A stretch of DNA of 64,000 bases from an uncultured Verrucomicrobiae bacterium (GTDB taxonomy: Bacteria > Verrucomicrobiota > Verrucomicrobiia > Chthoniobacterales > JAFAMB01), in NCBI GenBank assembly GCA_963837955.1, contig CAWIPH010000002.1:4768001-4832000 (forward strand). The letters are read 5' to 3'. Positions 10,775-20,921 of the stretch are shown piece after piece. How positions within the stretch are numbered: the first letter of the stretch is position 1; every line of letters begins with the position of its first letter. The notes beneath the pieces are model-generated. The model had not been told where the DNA came from. It was given only the letters and a program-made list of their open reading frames with translations, and made no database searches. Position numbers and translations under genes: made by a program.

Positions 10775-10945
10775 GAGGTAACGGGCAAGGAATAGCCGGC
10801 CAAAAGGTTATGCTTTTTGGAGGCCAGCCTCGATGCCGTCACGAGCCATTCGTGTTCCCGGTGGCTCCTGTTCTGAGCGCTCGGTGCTGGCTACTCAGCC
10901 TCACAGCGCGCCCTTTTCCAGGACGACGAGACAAAACCGTCACTC
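10775..10945 (-). ncRNA. Candidate structured RNA, family unassigned
   Basis: Closing stem plus four internal hairpins, with G-U pairs favouring the minus strand; no convincing ORF. Confidence 0.35.
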
Positions 10946-11000
10946 AACGAGCTTATCTCCCCGGGCTTGGCATTCTCGTCAACCGTGACATGGTACGACT

Positions 11001-12158
11001 ATGATTTCCCCGTACGCTTTTCGGCCGCGCGGTCGGTTGCTGGATTTCATGCGCCAGGTTGGGGATCCCGACCTAATCAATCTTGCGGCCGGTCTTCCAT
11101 CGGTTGACTGCGTTCCTAAGGCGGCCTTGGAGGATGCTTTTGCTCGGACTTTGCGAGATAACGCAGATGAAGCGCTCGGGTATCACACACCAGATGGTGA
11201 TCTTAGGTTACGGGAAATTTTGGCCGACCGGTTTAGGCGCCGGGGAATCCAGACCACGGCAGACAAAATGGTCCTCACAACCGGCTGTACCCAGGCGCTC
11301 CATGGAATGATCCGCCTGCTGGCCCGTCCAGGGGACGTGGTTGCGTGTGAGGCCCCCGCTTACTATGCAACGTTGGAGATGTTGGGCGACCTTGGCTTTC
11401 GGGTTCTTCCGATACCGGTGCGGGATAGTGAAGGAATTGACCTCGACCTGGTTAGGACCTTGTTCCAACGGTTTCGGCCGGTGCTCTTTGTCATTTGCTC
11501 AACGCTATCGAACCCGTCCGGATCCACGTTGCCCAACGCAGTCCGCGCAGAACTTGTTCAGATCTGCCGCGAGTCGGGCACTCGAATTTTAGAAGATGAA
11601 ATTTACGGTGAACTCTCCGAGATACCGGATCTCAAACCAATCCGCGCTTACGATGACGGCTCTACCGTAGCGTACGTCACCAGCTTTTCGAAATCCGTGG
11701 CGCCGGGATTGCGGATTGGCGTCTGCCTTCCCGGGCTAGACTCCGAATCGTTCGCGCTGCTCAAGTGCCAACAAGACATGCATTCCGCGACTCTTTGTGA
11801 AGTGGCATTCCGAAGTTATTTGGAGCGTGACGAGCTTGACCAGCATCTCGAGTTCTTGCGCTCGTTTAATCGAGGCCGACGCGAGCTTGGCCTTCGGATC
11901 ATCCATGAATGCTTTCCGAAATCGACGCGGATCTGGGAACCGGCTGGAGGCTTCATGCTTTGGGTCGAACTACCAGTCGACGTTGATATCGAGCGGGTTT
12001 ATCGACAGGCGATGGAAATGAAGATCGCTTTTGGTCGAGGCGCTGTTTTCTTTACATCAGATAATGAGCATGTTGGAGCGATGCGGCTAAACTGCTCATG
12101 GCCGAATGAGGCGGCTTTGGTTAAGGGACTTCAGATCCTGGGTCAGATAATGTCCTAA
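11001..12158 (+). CDS. PLP-dependent aminotransferase (MocR/class I-like, no HTH)
   Basis: INLAAGLP, TTGCTQAL, NPSG, EDEIY, SFSKSVAPGLRIG, PAGGFMLW. Confidence 0.9.
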   Translation: MISPYAFRPRGRLLDFMRQVGDPDLINLAAGLPSVDCVPKAALEDAFARTLRDNADEALGYHTPDGDLRLREILADRFRRRGIQTTADKMVLTTGCTQALHGMIRLLARPGDVVACEAPAYYATLEMLGDLGFRVLPIPVRDSEGIDLDLVRTLFQRFRPVLFVICSTLSNPSGSTLPNAVRAELVQICRESGTRILEDEIYGELSEIPDLKPIRAYDDGSTVAYVTSFSKSVAPGLRIGVCLPGLDSESFALLKCQQDMHSATLCEVAFRSYLERDELDQHLEFLRSFNRGRRELGLRIIHECFPKSTRIWEPAGGFMLWVELPVDVDIERVYRQAMEMKIAFGRGAVFFTSDNEHVGAMRLNCSWPNEAALVKGLQILGQIMS

Positions 12159-12176
12159 TCCCCACAATCAAAGCGT

Positions 12177-12572
12177 ATGTTCCGCCGATTTATGTTTCAC
12201 GGTGTATATCTCCTTTTGATCGCCTTTATCGCCGTACTGTACGATCCGCATTCCGGAAGGCTCGGATTTAATCCAAACGCAAAATCTGCTTTGATTGCTG
12301 GAGGTATTTTCGCGTTTCTCTCTTTTCTGTGGGCGTTCTTCGATTCGCGCGGCGCCATCAAAGTTCCCGTAATCGGCGGGTTAATTTCTACCGGCTTGCT
12401 CTGCATCACCTTCCTCGTCCGAGCGATTCCTGCCTGGAACGATTATTTCCATGGAGATTCCGCCAAGTGGTTCGTGGCTACGACGATCACCCTGATGATT
12501 ATCGGAAGCCTTCCTCTATTCTTCGCCTGCCTGGAACGCGTCCGCGGCCGCGAGAGCTGGACGCAGAACTAG
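12177..12572 (+). CDS. Hypothetical membrane protein
   Basis: Four hydrophobic segments; directly follows the aminotransferase. Confidence 0.7.
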   Translation: MFRRFMFHGVYLLLIAFIAVLYDPHSGRLGFNPNAKSALIAGGIFAFLSFLWAFFDSRGAIKVPVIGGLISTGLLCITFLVRAIPAWNDYFHGDSAKWFVATTITLMIIGSLPLFFACLERVRGRESWTQN

Positions 12573-12711
12573 TCGGGCCTGACGTCCCAGCGCGGGAATT
12601 CAAACAGCCAACTCGCACCACGGGTATGGCCTTCCCGTAACCGCATGGGTTTGGACGATCTCCAGTTCCCTGTTTCCTAAAACTTGCAACTTTCTTCGTC
12701 CCGAGCGTGTT

Positions 12712-15700
12712 ATGAGACTAATGTTTTCTTTTTCTCCGGACCTTGCTTTCCTCGCTCGCCGATGCTCCTACCAAATCAGTCAAATTTTTACGGTCGCAGG
12801 ATTGTCGGCTGCGATTTTCTTTTCCAGCAATCTTCAAGCCGAACCATTAGGACCCCAGGCTGCACCGCTCTGGCTACGGTACCCGGCCATTTCTCCCGAC
12901 GGCAAGAGCATCGCTTTCAGCTTTGAGGGCCACCTTTTTGTTGTTCCTTCTACCGGTGGCACCGCGCAGCCGCTCACCGCGGGACCCGCTCACGACACGG
13001 CCCCGATCTGGTCTCCAGACGGAAAACTGATCGCCTTCGCCTCTGACCGGTACGGGCATTTCAACGTTTTTCTGGTCAGCGTCGAAGGCGGCCCGACCCG
13101 ACGCCTTACTTCTTATTCCACCGATGAAATTCCCAGTGGATTCACACCAGACGGAAAATATGTCGTCTTCAGTGCCCACCGGATGCAATCGGCCAAGAGT
13201 TCTCAATTTCCGACTCGCGCGCTGTCGGAACTATATAAGGTTTCGATCGAAGAGGGCCACGAACCTGAAATGATTCTCACGACACCGGCTCTCAATGCCC
13301 AATACGACCGGGCCGGGCAACGCTTACTCTACGAAGACAAAAAAAGTTACGAAAATCTCTGGCGCAAACATAATACGTCCTCGTTTGCCCATGATGTTTG
13401 GCTCTGCGATGCCCGCACAGGCAATCATACTAAGCTCACTAGCTATTCTGGCGAGGATCGAAACCCCGTCTGGACACCGGACGAGAACTCTTTCTACTAC
13501 CTGTCGGAGCAAAGCGGGTCATTCAACATCTGGAAGCTTCCGGTGAACGCAGCCGAGAGTGCGACGCCACAACAGATCACTCATTTCGATAAGAATCCGA
13601 TTCGGTTTCTATCCGTAGCGCAAAATGGCGATCTCTGTTTCGGTTACGACGGTGAGATTTATCTTTTGCCGCATGACTCGACCGATCCTAGCAAAGTAAA
13701 AATTCAGATTGCCGTCGTCGAGAACGCTCCAAACAAACAGCAAACTCATCTGAACGATGGCGTCACCGAAATCGTTCTTAGCCCGAATGGCAAAGAGCTC
13801 GCTTTTGTCGTCCGCGGCGATATTTACGTCGCTTCGGTCGAGCATGGCGATACGAAGCGGATTACGAACACGCCAGGCCAGGAACGGAACCTGAGTTTCA
13901 GTTATGATGGACGAAAACTGGTTTTTGCGGCCGAATACAATAAAGCGTGGAGTCTGTACGAAGCCAGCATCGTCCAACCAAAGGATAAGGAACCCTATTT
14001 CTTCAACTCAACGGTGGTCGAAGTGCATCCGATTTTGGAAAATGGACAGGAGAATTTTCTGCCCAAGTACTCCCCGGACGGCAAAGAAGTCGTTTACTTG
14101 GAGAACCGAGCCGCTGTCAAGGTGCTCAACCTGGAGTCAAAGCAAACGCGAGTCGTCCTTCCCCCGGAGCGCAACTACTCCTACTCTGATGATGATCTAT
14201 GGGTTGATTGGTCGCCCGACGGCAAATGGCTACTGACGACGTTTTTGCAAACGGGCCGTTGGTCGCGGGAAGTAGGGATCGTTGATGCCAGCGGAAAACA
14301 ACCGATTATCAATCTGACCAAGAGCGGCTACGAGAGTGTTCAACCGCTCTGGGCACAAGGCGGAAAATCGATGATTTGGCTTTCCGACCGGTACGGCCTG
14401 CACGGAGATGACGGGAATGAAGGCGACCCTCAACTCGACGTTTACGAGACCTTTTTTACGCAGGAAGCGTTGAATCGCTTCCGTCTGTCGCCGGCCGAAT
14501 ATGAAATCCTGAAAGCGAAGGAGGAGGAAGCAAAGAAGAAAAAAGAGGAAGAGAAGAGCAAGGAAGCAAAGCCCGATGATAAAAACCAGTCGAGCCCGAA
14601 AACTTCGCCGAAAGACGCCGAGAGCAAGAAAGAGGACGATAATCAACCACCCAAGCTGGAACCGATCACGGTTGACCTCAATGGCATCGAAGATCGGACC
14701 ACCCGCCTGACCTTAGCGTCGAGCCGCATCAGCTATGCCGCTCTGAGTAAAGATGGCGAGCAGCTGGTTTATCTGGCCAAGAGCGACAAAGGCTTCGAAG
14801 TCTGGCTGCTTAAGCCGCGGGCAAAAGAACTGAAACGCCTCGGCGAAATCGAAGCTCAAGAAAAAGAGTTTGGTGAGCTACCTCGACAACTCATCCTCGA
14901 TAAAGAAGACAAGAACGCGTTTATCCTGGTCGATGGGAACATCAGGAAAGTAGATCTCACAGCGGCGAAGATTGAGCCGGTCAAGTTTGACGCCGAGAAA
15001 GAAATCGATGGTGCGGCGGAACGGAGTTATTTGTTCGAGCACATCTGGCGACAGATAAAAGAGAAGTTTTACGTCCCCGACATGCACGGCGTAGCCTGGG
15101 ATTACTACAAGACCGTATACGCTCGGTATCTCCCTTTTATTACTGACAATCGTGATTTTGCAGAAATGACGAGTGAAATGCTCGGAGAGCTCAATGCCAG
15201 CCATACCGGTTGCCATCTGACGCCCAGCACGAGCGGCGACCAGACCGCGTCACTGGGAGCTTTTTTCGATCGGAGCTATCATGGACCGGGAATCCGGATC
15301 GAAGAGGTCATCGAGAAAGGCCCGCTCAGCCAAACCGATCCTCCACTCCAGGCCGGCATGATCATTGAGAAAATTGACGATCGGACCATCACCGCTGGAA
15401 TGGATCTCAGTCCGCTCTTGAATTTCAAAGCTGGTAAACCCACTGCGCTTAGCATTTTCGATCCGGCTAAGAGCAGTCGCTTCGTTGTGACCATGAAGCC
15501 AATCGCGTTGCGCGAAGTCGAGGAGCTCCTCTACGCGCGCTGGACTAAGCAGCGGCGCGAACTGACCGATAAACTGAGCGGCGGTAAAATTGGCTACGTG
15601 CACGTCCGCGGGATGGAAGATGGCCCTTACCGTGACACGGTTTCCGAAGCCCTCGGACGACAGGTCGATAAACAGGCGTTAATCGTCGACACCCGATGGA

Positions 15701-16146
15701 ATCCGGGCGGCAATTTGCATGACGCGTTAGCGACGTTCCTCAGCGGGAAAAAGTATCTTAAGACGGTCCCCCGCGGCCAGTTCATCGGTTGGGATCCAAA
15801 TCGTAAATGGAACCAAAAAACCGCCGTGCTCGCCAACGAAGGAAATTATTCCGATGGCATGTTGTTCCCATGGGTTTACAAGCATTTTCAGATTGGCAAG
15901 CTGATTGGTATGCCGGTTAACGGTACCGGTACTGCTGTTTGGTGGGAAATTCTGCAGGATCCGTCACTGGTGTTTGGGATTCCGGAGGTTGGTTTTCAGG
16001 ATGAACAAGGACATTTTATGGAGAAGACGCAGGTGGATCCAGATATTCAGGTCATGAATGATCCGAAGAGCACCGCCGAAGGCCGCGATCTTCAACTCGA
16101 ACGCGCCATCGCCGAATTGATGAAAGAGAACCGCGACATGAATTGA
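12712..16146 (+). CDS. Tricorn-like S41 family peptidase, paralog 1
   Basis: WLRYPAISPDG and PD40 propeller repeats, LGELNASH, GYVHVRGM, VDTRWNPGGNLHD, NYSDG. Confidence 0.93.
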   Translation: MRLMFSFSPDLAFLARRCSYQISQIFTVAGLSAAIFFSSNLQAEPLGPQAAPLWLRYPAISPDGKSIAFSFEGHLFVVPSTGGTAQPLTAGPAHDTAPIWSPDGKLIAFASDRYGHFNVFLVSVEGGPTRRLTSYSTDEIPSGFTPDGKYVVFSAHRMQSAKSSQFPTRALSELYKVSIEEGHEPEMILTTPALNAQYDRAGQRLLYEDKKSYENLWRKHNTSSFAHDVWLCDARTGNHTKLTSYSGEDRNPVWTPDENSFYYLSEQSGSFNIWKLPVNAAESATPQQITHFDKNPIRFLSVAQNGDLCFGYDGEIYLLPHDSTDPSKVKIQIAVVENAPNKQQTHLNDGVTEIVLSPNGKELAFVVRGDIYVASVEHGDTKRITNTPGQERNLSFSYDGRKLVFAAEYNKAWSLYEASIVQPKDKEPYFFNSTVVEVHPILENGQENFLPKYSPDGKEVVYLENRAAVKVLNLESKQTRVVLPPERNYSYSDDDLWVDWSPDGKWLLTTFLQTGRWSREVGIVDASGKQPIINLTKSGYESVQPLWAQGGKSMIWLSDRYGLHGDDGNEGDPQLDVYETFFTQEALNRFRLSPAEYEILKAKEEEAKKKKEEEKSKEAKPDDKNQSSPKTSPKDAESKKEDDNQPPKLEPITVDLNGIEDRTTRLTLASSRISYAALSKDGEQLVYLAKSDKGFEVWLLKPRAKELKRLGEIEAQEKEFGELPRQLILDKEDKNAFILVDGNIRKVDLTAAKIEPVKFDAEKEIDGAAERSYLFEHIWRQIKEKFYVPDMHGVAWDYYKTVYARYLPFITDNRDFAEMTSEMLGELNASHTGCHLTPSTSGDQTASLGAFFDRSYHGPGIRIEEVIEKGPLSQTDPPLQAGMIIEKIDDRTITAGMDLSPLLNFKAGKPTALSIFDPAKSSRFVVTMKPIALREVEELLYARWTKQRRELTDKLSGGKIGYVHVRGMEDGPYRDTVSEALGRQVDKQALIVDTRWNPGGNLHDALATFLSGKKYLKTVPRGQFIGWDPNRKWNQKTAVLANEGNYSDGMLFPWVYKHFQIGKLIGMPVNGTGTAVWWEILQDPSLVFGIPEVGFQDEQGHFMEKTQVDPDIQVMNDPKSTAEGRDLQLERAIAELMKENRDMN

Positions 16147-16153
16147 GGCTATA

Positions 16154-19100
16154 GTGCGCTCGTTGTTCCCTCCTCGATCGAACAAGCAACAACTGCTCCG
16201 GATAGTTGTGCTTGGTTGGCTATTCTTTAGCCTTATTGTGAGCGGCCAGAACACTCAGGCCGCCGATCAGCTGGGAGCTAGTCTGCCGCCACTTTGGTTG
16301 CGGTACCCTTCCCTGTCGCCAGATGGCAAAACGATCGCTTTCTGTTTCGAAGGGCATCTCTTCCTGGTTCCGGCAGAGGGAGGGCTTGCCCAGCCGCTCA
16401 CTGCCGGCCTGGCGCATGATACGGCACCTGTCTGGTCTTCGGACAGCAAATTGATCGCTTTCGCTTCAGACCGCTATGGTCATTATGATGTATACCTGGT
16501 CAGCGTCGAAGGGGGCCAAACCCGACGACTTACCACTTATTCAAGCGACGCGATCCCCACGACTTTTACTCCGGACGGGAAGTTCGTTGTTTTTAGCGGA
16601 CACCGGATGCAATCCGCGAAGAGTTCCCGATTCCCCTCCCGGCGCTTTCCGGAGTTATACAAAGTATCGGTTGAGGGTGGTCGCGAGCCAGAAATGATTC
16701 TGCCGACACCAGCCCTCAATGCGAAATTGGATCGGGCGGGCCAACGACTTCTTTATGACGACCAAAAAAGCTATGAAGATCTTTGGCGCAAGCATGTCAC
16801 TTCGGCCTTCGCGCATGACGTGTGGTTATACGACCTGCGCACCGGGACCCACAGCAAGCTGACTAACTACGCCGGTGAAGATCGGAATCCGGTTTGGGCC
16901 CCGGACGAGAATTCCCTCTTTTATCTTTCGGAGCAAAGCGGCTCATTCAACGTTTGGAGCCTACCGCTGAAGGATGGGCAACCGGGCACGCCGAAACAGA
17001 TTACCCATTTCGAGAAGAATCCGGTCCGATTTCTCTCCACCTCAAATGCCGGCGATCTTTGTTTCGGATTCGACGGCGAGATTTATCTGCTTCCGGTCAA
17101 TTCCGAAGGTCCAAAGAAGGTAGCAATCCGCATCGCGATGGCCGACAGCGGTCCCTTGCGGCGAACCGTTCAGATGAACGATGGCGCGACGGAGATAGCC
17201 GTTAGCCCCAACGGCAAGGAGATCGGTTTCGTCGTGCGCGGCGATGTGTACGTAGCGTCGATCGAGCACGGGGATACCAAACGGATCACCAACACGCCCG
17301 GCCAGGAGCGTAATCTCTGTTTCAGCCCGGACGGACGTAAATTGGTCTTCGCATTCGAGCAGAACGGCCCCTGGAGCCTATACGAAGCCAGCATCGTCCA
17401 GCCAAAGGAGAAAGAACCGTACTTCTTTGACTCAACTGTGGTGGACATTCATCCGGTCCTCGAAAACGGTCAGGAGAATTTTACTCCGAAGTATTCGCCT
17501 GACGGAAAGGAAGTCGCGTATTTGGAGAACCGGACCACGCTCAAGGTGCTGAACCTCGAATCCAAACAGAGCCGAACCATTCTACCAGGTGACCGCAACT
17601 ACTCTTATTTAGACGGTGACCAGTGGTTCGATTGGTCGCCCGATGGGAAATTCTTCCTGGTAACCTTTCTCCAGGAGGGACGCTATTCCGACGAAGTCGG
17701 CCTGGTCAGTGCCGACGGTAGTCAAGCGGTCGTCAATCTAACCCAGAGCGGCTACGACTCGGCTCGTCCGGTTTGGGCCCAGAACGGAAAGTCGATGATC
17801 TGGTTCACCGACAAATACGGCCTGCACGGCGATGGGAACGGCGGCAGCAGACAACTCGACGTCCTGGAAATGTTTTTTACCGAAGATGCTTTTGACCGCT
17901 TCAATCTTTCTCCGGCCGAGTACGACATTCTGAAAGCCAAGGAGGAGGAGGAAAAGAAAAAGAAGGAAGGCAATAAAGAGCCCAAGCCGGAAGGCGGCAA
18001 AGACCAGCAGAGTCCAACTCCGGAGCCGACTCCAAAGATCGAACCGGTAGTGATCGACCTGAGATATACTGAGGATCGCACCGCTCGATTAACCCTCGCC
18101 TCGACCAGACTGGCCGAGGCTGTTCTCTCCAAGGATGGCGAGCAGCTCGTCTACCTGGCGCGGAGCGACAAGGGATTTGACCTTTGGAGTCTGAAACCGC
18201 GCGAGAAGGAACTAAAGCGATTGGCTCAGCTCGAGGCTGCTGAAACCGAAGGAGTCGGTGTAAACTTCCCGCAGCAACTTGCCCTTGATAAGGAGGGCAA
18301 AAACGCCTTTGCGCTGGTTAACGGTCATATCAACAAGGTGGAGCTTGCCAGCGGCAAAATGGAGCCGGTCAAATTTGGAGCTGAGAAGGAGATCAACGCT
18401 ACCGCAGAGCGCGCGTATTTTTTCGAGCATATGTGGCGCCAAACGCTGGAAAAGTTCTATGACCCCAAGATGAACGGCGCGGATTGGAACTACTATAAAG
18501 GGATCTACACGCGTTTTCTTCAGTATATCGCTGATAATCGCGATTTTGCGGAGATGATGAGTGAGCTGCTCGGCGAGCTGAATGCGAGCCATACCGGTTG
18601 CCGTTATTATCCCTCCGGTGGCGATCAAACCGCCTCGCTGGGGGCGTTCTTCGACCAAAGTTCCCAAGGCCCCGGTTTAAAGATCGAAGAACCAATTGAG
18701 AAAGGCCCGCTCTTCAAGGCCGGGATCGAGATCCAGCCTGGCATGATCATTGAAAAGATCGATGGCAATGTGCTCGCTCCGGGTGTCGACTTCGACCCAC
18801 TTCTAGACTTCAAGGCGGGTAAGCCGACCTTGCTCGGCATATTCGACCCGGCCAAAAACAACCGATTCGATGTCCGGATCAAGCCTACCAGCCTCGCTAC
18901 CGAAGAGGAATTGCTCTATGAACGGTGGGTTAAGAAACGGCGGGAATTAGTAGATAAGTTAAGCAACGGCACTATTGCCTACGTGCACGTCCGCAACATG
19001 AGTGATCCGAGTTATCGGGATGTCTTCTCCGAGGCGCTTGGACGCGGTGTCGCCAAGAAGGCGTTAATCGTCGATACCCGCTTTAATCCTGGTGGGAATT

Positions 19101-19519
19101 TGCACGACCAGCTTACTACCTTTCTCGACGGGAAGCCCTATCTGAAGATGATCCCGCGCGGCCAATACCTCGGCTGGGAACCCACCCGGAAATGGCAACG
19201 CCGAAGCGTGGTCCTTGGATGCGAGGGCAATTATTCCGATGGCATGTTGTTCCCTTGGCTTTATCAGCATTTCCAAATCGGGAAATTTATCGGCATGCCG
19301 ATTCCAGGAACCGGCACTTCGGTTTGGTGGGAATTTCAACAGGACCCAAGCCTGTTGTTCGGGATTCCGGAGATCGGTCACGTGGATAAAGAAGGCCACT
19401 CAATGGAAAAGACTCAAGTCGAGCCTGACATCGAGATTATGAACGATCCCAAGAGTGTCGCAGAAGGTCGCGATCCGCAGATCGAGCGCGCGGTGACTGA
19501 GCTCATGCAAGCGAACTAA
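16154..19519 (+). CDS. Tricorn-like S41 family peptidase, paralog 2
   Basis: Same architecture and motifs as paralog 1 (LGELNASH, VDTRFNPGGNLHD, NYSDG). Confidence 0.93.
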   Translation: MRSLFPPRSNKQQLLRIVVLGWLFFSLIVSGQNTQAADQLGASLPPLWLRYPSLSPDGKTIAFCFEGHLFLVPAEGGLAQPLTAGLAHDTAPVWSSDSKLIAFASDRYGHYDVYLVSVEGGQTRRLTTYSSDAIPTTFTPDGKFVVFSGHRMQSAKSSRFPSRRFPELYKVSVEGGREPEMILPTPALNAKLDRAGQRLLYDDQKSYEDLWRKHVTSAFAHDVWLYDLRTGTHSKLTNYAGEDRNPVWAPDENSLFYLSEQSGSFNVWSLPLKDGQPGTPKQITHFEKNPVRFLSTSNAGDLCFGFDGEIYLLPVNSEGPKKVAIRIAMADSGPLRRTVQMNDGATEIAVSPNGKEIGFVVRGDVYVASIEHGDTKRITNTPGQERNLCFSPDGRKLVFAFEQNGPWSLYEASIVQPKEKEPYFFDSTVVDIHPVLENGQENFTPKYSPDGKEVAYLENRTTLKVLNLESKQSRTILPGDRNYSYLDGDQWFDWSPDGKFFLVTFLQEGRYSDEVGLVSADGSQAVVNLTQSGYDSARPVWAQNGKSMIWFTDKYGLHGDGNGGSRQLDVLEMFFTEDAFDRFNLSPAEYDILKAKEEEEKKKKEGNKEPKPEGGKDQQSPTPEPTPKIEPVVIDLRYTEDRTARLTLASTRLAEAVLSKDGEQLVYLARSDKGFDLWSLKPREKELKRLAQLEAAETEGVGVNFPQQLALDKEGKNAFALVNGHINKVELASGKMEPVKFGAEKEINATAERAYFFEHMWRQTLEKFYDPKMNGADWNYYKGIYTRFLQYIADNRDFAEMMSELLGELNASHTGCRYYPSGGDQTASLGAFFDQSSQGPGLKIEEPIEKGPLFKAGIEIQPGMIIEKIDGNVLAPGVDFDPLLDFKAGKPTLLGIFDPAKNNRFDVRIKPTSLATEEELLYERWVKKRRELVDKLSNGTIAYVHVRNMSDPSYRDVFSEALGRGVAKKALIVDTRFNPGGNLHDQLTTFLDGKPYLKMIPRGQYLGWEPTRKWQRRSVVLGCEGNYSDGMLFPWLYQHFQIGKFIGMPIPGTGTSVWWEFQQDPSLLFGIPEIGHVDKEGHSMEKTQVEPDIEIMNDPKSVAEGRDPQIERAVTELMQAN

Positions 19520-19561
19520 TTCGGAAGGTGAAACGGAATACAATCGCCGACGGGACGATCC

Positions 19562-19894
19562 GTGGCGGCTGAGGATCCCCGCGGTGGTACGTGCGCGTCA
19601 AACGTCGATTCCTGGTTCTCTGCCCCGGAGGGGGGAGGGCGCACAGCCTGTCCGACATAGCCTTTCGGATGCCTGGTGCAGAATGCTTGAGCGCGACGTC
19701 GGATCCTCGTGCGCCGCGGATCGCGAGGACGCGATCCCTCCCCGCGCGGGGTTTTAACCCCAGGGAACGTATTCCAAACGTCACGCCCTGAAAGCGGCGC
19801 CAGTAATAGATGTTTCCAACGGATTCACGGCTCCGTCATTCGATCCTAATGCCCCTACGGGGCGGAGAACCAGAAATCGGCCTTATGTTGACGC
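19562..19894. repeat. Composite REP-like palindromic element
   Basis: Imperfect outer inverted repeats (~19595-19633 and 19851-19894); the 29-mer at 19718-19746 is shared in inverted orientation with 48106-48134. Confidence 0.7.
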
Positions 19895-19948
19895 AACTAC
19901 GCGGCCCCGGGGCCGCTACTAACTTCGTTTTTCGCTCCAAGAATTTGG

Positions 19949-19977
19949 TTGAACCGCTATGGGTTCGGCTCTAGTTT
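19949..19977 (+). promoter_or_regulatory. Putative promoter of tRNA-Asp
   Basis: TTGAAC-N17-TAGTTT just upstream of the tRNA. Confidence 0.5.
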
Positions 19978-19993
19978 CCCGGCTCGTTTTCGA

Positions 19994-20067
19994 GGAGTTA
20001 TAGCTCAATTGGTTAGAGCGCCGCCCTGTCACGGCGGAGGTTGCGGGTTCGAGCCCCGTTAACTCCG
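19994..20067 (+). tRNA. tRNA-Asp (GTC), CCA not encoded
   Basis: Acceptor stem GGAGTTA/TAACTCC, D arm GCTC-AATTGGTTA-GAGC, anticodon arm CCGCC-CTGTCAC-GGCGG, T loop TTCGAGC. Confidence 0.98.
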
Positions 20068-20394
20068 GGCGTTTCCTAGAGAGAAGCCGGTCTTTAAACC
20101 ACCCAATATTCCCGTTTAGCGTTATCTTAGCGTTATACCAATCCGGGCAGCGAGTTTTTCTACCCCTGAAGCCTGCGTTTTGCCTCGCGTGACAAAACGC
20201 CTTACAATAGGTGGTTCGGTGGAAGGGGAAATAAAAGCACGCTTGTCGATTAGTTTCCCTGCGAAGTGAGGCCGCAGGCGTGAGCAGCCTTGGCTGAATT
20301 AGTGCAGCTTTAGAAGTCCACGGGTCGAGAACAGCCCGGTGTCACGAAACGCGCTCTAATCGAATTTCCGTCTGCATGAAACGAAAGAGAATCT

Positions 20395-20631
20395 ATGGCC
20401 GACATTGCGAATAAATACGCGGAAAACGTGTCCGGAAAGCTGTACGTCGATGACCAGTGCATTGACTGCGACCTGTGCCGGGAAACCGCACCCGCTAATT
20501 TCATGCGCAGCGACGAAGGCGGCTACTCCTATGTGTTTAAGCAACCGACCACCCCGGAGGAGCAGGCGCTTTGTAAGGAAGCCATGGAAGGATGTCCGGT
20601 TGAAGCCATCGGCAACAATGGCGAAGGTTGA
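20395..20631 (+). CDS. Ferredoxin
   Basis: YVDDQCIDCDLCRETAP...CKEAMEGCPVEAIG. Confidence 0.92.
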   Translation: MADIANKYAENVSGKLYVDDQCIDCDLCRETAPANFMRSDEGGYSYVFKQPTTPEEQALCKEAMEGCPVEAIGNNGEG

Positions 20632-20921
20632 GTGTGATCGAACCAGGACAATGAAACTGCCTAGCCAAACCAACGCAGCGAACGGGCGAAGCAGAAGCAC
20701 CCGCGCGAGCCAGCGTTCCGGAACGCTTCAACTGTGGGAAGGGCCGGGCGTATTCCGAGCCGGCTCGTTCGCGAGACCAATTTACCGGAAGGAAGAGACC
20801 GAAGGATTCCGAGCGACCTCAACCAAAAAACCAAAACAGAACGCAAAATATTGGTGAATCTGCTAAGTCTTCGCTGCTAGTGAAGCATGCTGTATCGTGG
20901 TACTTTTCCGCAAATACTGAT

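Noticed and set aside
14500..14660. A/G-rich low-complexity tract (also ~17935-18035)
   Set aside because: Encodes the Lys/Glu-rich linker of the S41 proteases; not a DNA repeat element
20405..20857. 150-aa ORF overlapping the ferredoxin
   Set aside because: Alternative frame of the ferredoxin with no recognisable motif
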